The notes under the pieces: model-generated
Seen by the model: the letters and a program-made list of their open reading frames with translations, nothing else
What the model was told of the DNA's origin: nothing
The model's database searches: none
IMG/VR virus record: IMGVR_UViG_3300033066_001594
Origin: an uncultured virus (IMG/VR IMGVR_UViG_3300033066_001594)
Taxonomy: Duplodnaviria > Heunggongvirae > Uroviricota > Caudoviricetes
Length of the DNA: 20,000 nucleotides
Reading direction: 5' to 3' (one strand)
Part shown: one piece after another, positions 1 through 6,608 of the stretch
How positions within the stretch are numbered: the first letter of the stretch is position 1
How the letters are laid out: the number at the start of each line of letters is the position of its first letter
Made by a program: the position numbers and the translations under genes

Positions 1-486
1 CATGGTAACATATTCAAGGGTCTGAACACCCGGGCGAACAACCTTCTGGCCAACAAGGCCGAGACCAACAACTACGGCAGTGAAATGCTGTCACGTGCCA
101 CGGATGAGATTGGCAACTACGCGACGGGGCAGACGCCGGTAGCTTCCAACTTCGTGGCCATGGGCAAACACCTCGGGCGGGCGGCAACGGACAACACGCC
201 GGTCGCCGGCTCGGCGTACGGCGATTCCTCTTCTGCACTGGCGAACCAGGCCAACAAGCTGACGGCCAGTCTCAGCCAGCCGGCCCAGGGTCGTTTCGCG
301 TACGAGGTGGCACCGAACGGTCGGACGATCCTGCGGGACACGACCAACCAGGCAGCCGTACCGCGTAACATACAGGAGTTGCAGCAGCTTCAGTCCCAGA
401 GCCCGGCGACGGCCCAGCAGCTGCTCGCCGCTCTCAAACAGTACATGCCTGATCGTTATCAGGAACTGACGCAGCCCACAGCCTAA
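1..486 (+). CDS. Hypothetical protein, 3' part (5' end lies outside the window)
   Basis: The frame of ORF 85..486 is open back to base 1 (HGNIFKGLNTRANNLLANKAETNNYGSEM...). GC3-rich codon usage; TAA at 484-486. Confidence 0.75.
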   Translation, partial: HGNIFKGLNTRANNLLANKAETNNYGSEMLSRATDEIGNYATGQTPVASNFVAMGKHLGRAATDNTPVAGSAYGDSSSALANQANKLTASLSQPAQGRFAYEVAPNGRTILRDTTNQAAVPRNIQELQQLQSQSPATAQQLLAALKQYMPDRYQELTQPTA

Positions 487-500
487 AGGACACAGCGACC

Positions 501-2204
501 ATGACCCCCAACGTCCCACTCGAAACACGAATCTCGCGTACGGCCCGCTATCTCGAGGGCGTGATGAAGGCGGGGCTCGAAGCCGGCCTTGACACCGAGA
601 AGCTGGCCTGTCTTTGTCAGGATGCCGGCGACGCGTTCTGCGTTCAGCAGTTCGGCATACCCATGATGGTGAAGCGTGCGGTTGCCAGCCCGCCCATTCC
701 CGGCGGACCCAACCTCGCCGATCCTGCCGCGTGGGGTGGGGGCGGTCAGCAACAGTCCAACGCGTCGAACAATTCACAACAGCCGCAGCCCGGTCAGCCG
801 CCGGTGGCCCCGCCGCCGCCCGGCCCGACGCTCCAGAACCCACAGGGCGTCGCACCGCTGCCGCACCGCTACAACTTCCACCTCGACGACACCGTGCACC
901 GCATCCGCCGCGACCAGATCGCTTACGCACAGAAGAAGCAGCGTGAGAGCCAGGAAGCCCAGCACTATGCGGGCGGGCCTGGCCTTGACGGCATCGCTCA
1001 GACGATGGACCCCAACGGACAAGCTGGTCAGATGGCTCAGACGCCGGCACTGGGTTCGCCTCCTGCAAGTGGTCCGTCGTCCACCAAGGCAGCGAGCATT
1101 GCCAATGACGCTATTGCAGGTGCCACGCTCGGAGGAGCCGCGGCAGCGGGCCTCGTCATCTCCAACTGGCTGGCCAATCGACGACAGGCCAAGACAGCTG
1201 CCGCCCAGCCCGTACCGTTCCATCAGCTGGGGAGGGACACACAGAACCACCTAGTGGCGGTGCACATGTTTCACCAGCGGAATCCTGAATACCAGGTCAG
1301 CAATCAGACTTATCTGACGTATAAGCCGTTCCTCGATCGAGCTGTACCCCCCAACGGCCATACGCGGGGTTCGAGGGCCTTGGGTGCACTCAAGGACGTC
1401 GGCTACGGCGTGGGTCTTGGGGCTGCCATACTTGGAGCTGGCTACGGAGTTTCTCAGCTGACAAAGAGTGCCAGCGATGCTCATTCGATCGCAGCGTCCG
1501 CCGGTCAGGTACTCGGTAACACCGTACGGGGCAACCAGTGGGCAGCACCGTTGATCGGGGCTGGCTTCGGGGCTACAGTCGGCGGACTGGGCGGACTTCT
1601 TAAGGGCGGGATACTCGGAGCGATCTCTGGGCCAAAAGGTGAACGTGGACGATACGCCAAGCGAGTCGGCGTAACTCATGGCATTTTGAGTGGCCTGGGC
1701 GGTGCGGCCTCCGGGGCTCTGATGGGTGCCGCGTACAACGCACAGGCAAACCAGGCTGGCGGCGTCAAGCAGGGCAACGTCGGCTTCCAGGCTGGACAGA
1801 GGCAGGATGGAGCGTATAAAACCGCGTCGTTCGCCGCACGTGTGCTGACGAACCAGATCAAAACCGCGAATATAGATGAAGCACTTACTGCGGCTCTGGG
1901 CGGAGGTGCCGGGGCAGTGGTAACGGCCCCCGTTGGCGGTCTCATCGGGTTGATCAGGGCCAAGGCAGCCGGAAAGTCGGGACGACGTGGGGTTCTTCAC
2001 GGTGCTATTCTCGGCGGAACCCTCGGAGCTACACGAGGTGCTATCGGCGGCTGGAATAACCCAGTACCGTGGAGTGAACTCGGTACGCCGCAAATGCCGC
2101 CGGGCTGGACTCCAGGAACACCGATTCAACCGTTTGACATGCTGCCACCGCAGCCGCCTATCGCCCCAGAGTATCAGTTTGATCAGGACCCGTTACACGC
2201 TTAA
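501..2204 (+). CDS. Gly/Ala-rich multi-glycine-zipper protein with a Pro/Gln-rich region and repeated K-x-A motifs (putative processed virion/membrane polyprotein)
   Basis: 567-aa ORF with AAGGA upstream. Several GxxxGxxxG hydrophobic segments (GVGLGAAILGAGYG, GAGFGATVGGLGG, GAILGGTLGATRG). 8 of its 18 Lys are in K-x-A. Function is inferred. Confidence 0.75.
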   Translation: MTPNVPLETRISRTARYLEGVMKAGLEAGLDTEKLACLCQDAGDAFCVQQFGIPMMVKRAVASPPIPGGPNLADPAAWGGGGQQQSNASNNSQQPQPGQPPVAPPPPGPTLQNPQGVAPLPHRYNFHLDDTVHRIRRDQIAYAQKKQRESQEAQHYAGGPGLDGIAQTMDPNGQAGQMAQTPALGSPPASGPSSTKAASIANDAIAGATLGGAAAAGLVISNWLANRRQAKTAAAQPVPFHQLGRDTQNHLVAVHMFHQRNPEYQVSNQTYLTYKPFLDRAVPPNGHTRGSRALGALKDVGYGVGLGAAILGAGYGVSQLTKSASDAHSIAASAGQVLGNTVRGNQWAAPLIGAGFGATVGGLGGLLKGGILGAISGPKGERGRYAKRVGVTHGILSGLGGAASGALMGAAYNAQANQAGGVKQGNVGFQAGQRQDGAYKTASFAARVLTNQIKTANIDEALTAALGGGAGAVVTAPVGGLIGLIRAKAAGKSGRRGVLHGAILGGTLGATRGAIGGWNNPVPWSELGTPQMPPGWTPGTPIQPFDMLPPQPPIAPEYQFDQDPLHA

Positions 2205-2213
2205 TGGTTATCA

Positions 2214-3404
2214 ATGAAACCACTCGAGATCTACGACAAGGTGATCGGCCGGCAGCCCGGCTTGTACGGTCCGCTCCACGGGGCAGGACCGGCAGCCGTT
2301 GGCCGGGCCGTCCTCGGGGCGGGCATCGGCTACGGGGCCGGCAAGCTCTTTGGTGGTACACAGAAGACCAAGCGAAACCTCGCACTCGGCGGAGCGGTGG
2401 CCAGCCTTGTTCCCAGTGGTCTGGATATGGCGACGATGCACGGACTGGGTAAGGGGATGAATGATCCGTTCCCTTATGCCCCACCTGTCCAATCTGTCCA
2501 ACCTGTCTCGCCTGTCGCCCCGCCCAAGGTCGCTAAAGACCTGAGCTGGGTGGGCGTGCAGATCCCCGGGCACCTTCGCAAGCGAATCCGCGAGATGGCC
2601 AAGGGCGTTGCTGATGAAGACCTGGTCCCGGCAAAGATCAAGAACTACGGGCAGGGACGGGAGATGAACCCGCACGTCACCGTGCTCTATGGGCTCCGCA
2701 CCAAGGACCCCAAGAAAGTTGAGCCGGTAGTGAAGGGGAAATATCCCCGCATCCCGTTCCGCCTGGGAGCCATCAGTACTTTCGAGAAGCCTGATTACGA
2801 TGTGCTCAAGATTGACGTGCACTCAGGCGACCGGCTCAAGGGTCTTTACAACCATCTCAAGTCCAACCTGCCTAACGCCGACGTGCACCCCACGTATCAC
2901 CCGCACGTGACGCTGGCGTACCTGCGTAAGGGCGTGGCCCAGAAGTACGTGGGCTCTCACCCGCTTCGCGACCAGAAGGTGGAGGTGAACAAGGTCCGCT
3001 TCTCGACCTCGGACCGCGACAACACCGACATCAAGCTGGCCACGGCCATGGACACGATGGCCGAGATCGCCCCGGCCCAGTACAGCCCCGTCTACTTCCC
3101 GTTCGAACCAGGACAGGACCACATCTCGGTCAACGGGGCAGCCAACGCCGTGCTCGCCGATCCCAAGATGTCGCTGTCGCAGAAGGCCGTTGCGTTCGAC
3201 GTGCTCAGCAAGGCGGCCGATGGTCGGGACAGCGGACTGATCACAAAGAATGACCTGGTGCGTGGGGCATTGGGTGCGGGCATGGGCTATGTCGCGGCCC
3301 AGACGATGGGCCGCGTGCTCGGTGCCGTGTTCGGGCTGGATCGGACCAGCCAGCGTCGGCTCTCGCAGGCCGGGGCGTTGGGCGGATTGTTCAACAGTCT
3401 TTGA
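2214..3404 (+). CDS. 2H phosphoesterase (2',5'-RNA ligase/LigT/Acb1-like) domain protein with flanking glycine-zipper modules
   Basis: Two HxT motifs, NPHVTVLYGL (His at 2673) and YHPHVTLAYL (His at 2904), about 77 aa apart as in the 2H fold. LGAG(I/M)GY hydrophobic modules at both termini. Confidence 0.85.
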   Translation: MKPLEIYDKVIGRQPGLYGPLHGAGPAAVGRAVLGAGIGYGAGKLFGGTQKTKRNLALGGAVASLVPSGLDMATMHGLGKGMNDPFPYAPPVQSVQPVSPVAPPKVAKDLSWVGVQIPGHLRKRIREMAKGVADEDLVPAKIKNYGQGREMNPHVTVLYGLRTKDPKKVEPVVKGKYPRIPFRLGAISTFEKPDYDVLKIDVHSGDRLKGLYNHLKSNLPNADVHPTYHPHVTLAYLRKGVAQKYVGSHPLRDQKVEVNKVRFSTSDRDNTDIKLATAMDTMAEIAPAQYSPVYFPFEPGQDHISVNGAANAVLADPKMSLSQKAVAFDVLSKAADGRDSGLITKNDLVRGALGAGMGYVAAQTMGRVLGAVFGLDRTSQRRLSQAGALGGLFNSL

Positions 3405-3415
3405 TAAGAGCCACG

Positions 3416-3709
3416 ATGCTGGGTAAACGGAAAGACCTCGTCAAGCTTGCAAGTGGTATCTACGACTTGATGCAACCTGGTGAGTACGGCAAAGACGAGG
3501 ATGGCGTGTGGTATTGCTGTGCCCCTGCACCTGTTGACAAGGACGGGTTTGGATTCCACGGGACACTCGGCGACGGCAAGGGCGACCGTGGTCACATTGT
3601 GACCGAGCATGAAGACGGGACAATCACTGTCTTTCCTTCGATTCTCATTACTCGTCACGACGGGTCTTGGCATGGCTACCTTGAACGGGGCATCTGGCGT
3701 CAGTGCTGA
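3416..3709 (+). CDS. Small Cys/His protein resembling the DUF6527 family
   Basis: C-terminal HEDGTITVFPSIL...WHGYLERGIWRQC fits the TxxPSI...HxxxxxGxW pattern I associate with DUF6527. ATG 3416 preferred over TTG 3401, which overlaps the upstream stop. Confidence 0.65.
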   Translation: MLGKRKDLVKLASGIYDLMQPGEYGKDEDGVWYCCAPAPVDKDGFGFHGTLGDGKGDRGHIVTEHEDGTITVFPSILITRHDGSWHGYLERGIWRQC

Positions 3710-3722
3710 TAGGATAAGTCAC

Positions 3723-4127
3723 ATGGACAAGATTGCTTTTCGTCGCGGTTTCCTCCTGGCCCTCGCTTCTTATGGCCTGGGCCCGGAAGAGTTTGGTCGT
3801 CTCGTTGCTGAGAAGCAGTCGGGTGTGAAGACCGCGTTCAATCCGGTGAACCTTCTTGATCCGTTCGTCGCCGCGGGCATTGGTGTCCCGTTGGCCTTGG
3901 GCACGCTTGCGGCCCGTCACAACGCTGACGGTGACGCAAACAATCTATACAGGCGGACGCGGATCAAGTACAACCCTATCAACGACGTTTCGAATGAACT
4001 GGCCCAGGCCACACGCCGGCTCCAGACGCTGAAGGATCGTCGTCAGCCCAAACCGGAGCTCCCGCGTGTCACAAGCCCAGCCCTCGGCAGCGAATCCTAT
4101 CTACAACCGCTTCCGCCAGCCCGATGA
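3723..4127 (+). CDS. Hypothetical protein with N-terminal leader ending in KTA and one hydrophobic segment
   Basis: ATG 3723 follows AGGATAAG just after the upstream stop. MDKIAFRRGFLLALASYGLGPEEF...GVKTA-FNPVNLLDPFVAAGIGVPLALGTLAA. Confidence 0.75.
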   Translation: MDKIAFRRGFLLALASYGLGPEEFGRLVAEKQSGVKTAFNPVNLLDPFVAAGIGVPLALGTLAARHNADGDANNLYRRTRIKYNPINDVSNELAQATRRLQTLKDRRQPKPELPRVTSPALGSESYLQPLPPAR

Positions 4128-4488
4128 GAGAACCCGCCGATACTTCGCGGCAGACCCCGGCGTCGAGTTCCGCGGACAAGTCCCCCTTATCAATGCCGAC
4201 GACCCGAACCAGCCGCAGGAGTTCATGGACGGCATGGCTCGGGTCTTCAACCTTGCAGATCCCCAGCAGGCCAAGGATTACAATGAGGTGATCAACAAGG
4301 TCGCACGAGGCATCGCGATCCTGTGTAGGGAGGATGTAACGTTCAGCGAGAAGACGGACAACTACGTGATCTACGCTCGCTGGATGGAACGGTTTTACGC
4401 GATGCCCGACTACACACAGAAAGAGACCAACGGTGCAGCCCAAACTCAGCCCACTCCGAACGCTCCAGTCGCCCAGATTTCTGTCTAA
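4066..4488 (+). CDS. Hypothetical globular protein (140 aa)
   Basis: GTG start with GGAG about 8 nt upstream. Strong GC3 bias; fills the gap between its neighbours with short overlaps. Confidence 0.7.
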   Translation: MSQAQPSAANPIYNRFRQPDERTRRYFAADPGVEFRGQVPLINADDPNQPQEFMDGMARVFNLADPQQAKDYNEVINKVARGIAILCREDVTFSEKTDNYVIYARWMERFYAMPDYTQKETNGAAQTQPTPNAPVAQISV

Positions 4489-6580
4489 GACGGCGGGCGT
4501 CGAGGGTCAGCAAATCTCCAACGCTCTGTGGGGCTCCAATTACCAGCCCGACTCCAACGGATTCCTGAAGGACCCGCTCCTGCTGTCACTGGGCACGGGA
4601 CTGGGGATTGCCGGCGGTTCGGCACTGGCCAAGTACCTCGGTCCGAAGAAAGATGTTCCGACGCGTCAGCAGCTCAGCCTGCTCAAGCAGCGTCAACAGG
4701 CCTTCAGCCAGGCCCTGCAGGGGTCCGGTGCCACGCCGCCGGCCAAGCTCGCAGCCGCTGTCATCGACAGGGCCTGTGAACTTGTCACCGAGAAGCGGGC
4801 GTTCTGGGAGTGGTATCTGCCCGGTGCCATGCTCGCAGGGACCGCCGCCTATGGGGCGAGCTACCCGCACTTCTACAAGAACAACGAAAGCTACATCCGG
4901 GCCAAGGCGATGCAGCGTGCCAAGAGCCGCATCCAGGCGGTCAAGCCGCCGGGCGTGCAGGTCGAGACGCTCAAGCCGGGTGAAACACCCGAACAGCTCA
5001 AGGCCTTGTCCACGTCTTCGGAAGATGTGGTGCCGATGCCGTCCGCCGACAAGCTCGCCGGCCTCCAGTACCTGGACGATCTGGACCTGTTCGCCGCCCT
5101 CTCGCATTCGCTGTACACCGCCGGTGCCCTGCAGCCGGACGACAAGCCGCTCGTCGATCTGCTCGTGAAGACAGCGACACAGCGATACGCACGGACCGAG
5201 AAAACGGCCAGCGTGAAGCTGGCGTTCTCGGCCGAAGAACTGCAGACGGTGCTGGACAACCCGAACGCCCAGCCGCAGCTTCTGTCCATGATCGACAAGC
5301 TGATGAAGCTCAAGCCCCAGGACTTTGCCGAATACGGCAGCACGCCGCAGGAGGTCGTCGCCTACATCAAAGACAAGATGTCGTACCCCTTCATGGGCAG
5401 CACGGTTGCGGACGCCCTCACGAAAAAGGTCGAGGCAACGCCTGAAATCGCTTCTGACATCGCGAACCTCAGATCGACAGCAGGCTTACCCGCGGCGTCT
5501 CAGGCTCCTGCCGCACAGGCACAGGCGGGACAACAGGGCCAGCAGGGACAACAAGGACAGGACGGACAGCAGGGCCAAGGTGGCTTGAAGTCCAAGGCCA
5601 TGGACTTGCTCATGGACCAGACACCGCAGGGTCTGCTCGGCATTCTGGGTGGTGCCGTGGGGATGGCCACAGACCATCCGATCCTCGGACTGCTCGCTAT
5701 GGTGATGGGTGCGTTTGGTGCACCGGCCGTTTCCTTCCTGGCCAAGCAGTACCCGAACGTCGGCATCCTGCAGAAGGTCAACCAGTTCATGCAGGACACC
5801 ACGCTTCGCAAGCTCGTGGACGGCTACCACGCCAAGACGCAGGAAGCGATCAAGGGCGACGCACCCCCGACTCCTCCCACGACTCCTCCCACGACTCCGC
5901 CCACGACTCCGCCTACAACTCCACCCGCAGCTACTCCGCCTACGACTCCTGGCGGAGCGACGCCGTCGGCACCTGCAACAACCACACCGACGACGCCAGC
6001 CACACCACAACCGTCGGCTGGTCTACCGTCAGCGGCTACACCGGCGACACAGACCACGGCAGCAGTGCCAGGTAGAGAGGTGAGACAGCCTGCTGAGGGG
6101 CCAACGCCCAATGTGAATCAACCTCCGACCACAGCAGCAACGCCAGGTCGAGAGGTGCGGCAGCCCGCTGAAGGGCCAACGCCCTCACTCTCTAGTCCTG
6201 GATCTGCGTCCCCGGATACGGGAAACCAGCAGCTACAGCCAGCAGGGGCTGCTCCTGCGGCCCCGGTGTCGATGCCAAAGCCACCGACGACCCCCAGTAA
6301 GGTTCCTGCACCGATGCCAGCGGCACCGCCGGCAGTTAAATCAGGCATACCGTCGCCGGCAGCGGTCCCGATGCCACCGAGCATGAAGAACATCATGTCG
6401 GGCATGCCCAAGATCGATGTTCCGGGCGGTGCTTCAGCGACAAGCCACGGCTCGTCGCTGGGTATGAAACAGATGACGGGCCAGGCCCCGGCGGCTTCGG
6501 CGACCACGTCGGTCCCGACGCCCAAGCTCAACCCGCTACCCCACGGTGTCACGGGCCTTGGGCCTAAAGTCACCGCTTAA
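4433..6580 (+). CDS. Large hypothetical protein with K-x-A motifs, hydrophobic segments and a long Pro/Thr/Ala-rich disordered C-terminus (putative virion protein)
   Basis: 715-aa ORF with SKTA, AKLA, EKRA, DKLA, VKTA, EKTA and VKLA motifs, a GLLGILGGAVG...LGLLAMVMGAFG hydrophobic hairpin, and PPTT and GQQ repeats. Confidence 0.75.
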   Translation: MQPKLSPLRTLQSPRFLSKTAGVEGQQISNALWGSNYQPDSNGFLKDPLLLSLGTGLGIAGGSALAKYLGPKKDVPTRQQLSLLKQRQQAFSQALQGSGATPPAKLAAAVIDRACELVTEKRAFWEWYLPGAMLAGTAAYGASYPHFYKNNESYIRAKAMQRAKSRIQAVKPPGVQVETLKPGETPEQLKALSTSSEDVVPMPSADKLAGLQYLDDLDLFAALSHSLYTAGALQPDDKPLVDLLVKTATQRYARTEKTASVKLAFSAEELQTVLDNPNAQPQLLSMIDKLMKLKPQDFAEYGSTPQEVVAYIKDKMSYPFMGSTVADALTKKVEATPEIASDIANLRSTAGLPAASQAPAAQAQAGQQGQQGQQGQDGQQGQGGLKSKAMDLLMDQTPQGLLGILGGAVGMATDHPILGLLAMVMGAFGAPAVSFLAKQYPNVGILQKVNQFMQDTTLRKLVDGYHAKTQEAIKGDAPPTPPTTPPTTPPTTPPTTPPAATPPTTPGGATPSAPATTTPTTPATPQPSAGLPSAATPATQTTAAVPGREVRQPAEGPTPNVNQPPTTAATPGREVRQPAEGPTPSLSSPGSASPDTGNQQLQPAGAAPAAPVSMPKPPTTPSKVPAPMPAAPPAVKSGIPSPAAVPMPPSMKNIMSGMPKIDVPGGASATSHGSSLGMKQMTGQAPAASATTSVPTPKLNPLPHGVTGLGPKVTA
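5528..5583 (+). repeat. Coding 9-bp tandem repeat (GQQ)n
   Basis: GQQGQQGQQGQDGQQGQGG in the 715-aa ORF. Confidence 0.75.
5864..5950 (+). repeat. Coding 12-bp tandem repeat (PPTT)n
   Basis: ccN-ccc-acg-act units encoding PPTPPTTPPTTPPTTPPTTPPAATPPTTP. Confidence 0.85.
6068..6184 (+). repeat. Duplicated 14-aa motif PGREVRQPAEGPTP (6068-6109 and 6143-6184)
   Basis: Identical peptide twice, with only synonymous differences between the two DNA copies. Confidence 0.85.
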
Positions 6581-6586
6581 TGGCCG

Positions 6587-6604
6587 CTTCCAGTAAGCTG
6601 GAAG
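6587..6604 (+). promoter_or_regulatory. Hairpin CTTCCAG-TAAG-CTGGAAG overlapping the ribosome-binding region of the RNAP gene
   Basis: Perfect 7-bp inverted repeat ending 4 nt before ATG 6609. No U-tract, so it is not a classic intrinsic terminator. Confidence 0.45.
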
Positions 6605-6608
6605 GACC

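Noticed and set aside
3609..3722. Longer start for the 3609..4127 ORF
   Set aside because: Overlaps the upstream gene by about 100 nt; ATG 3723 follows the stop and has AGGA upstream.
5864..6184. CRISPR-like array
   Set aside because: The repeats are in-frame coding repeats with synonymous variation and no unique spacers or cas genes.
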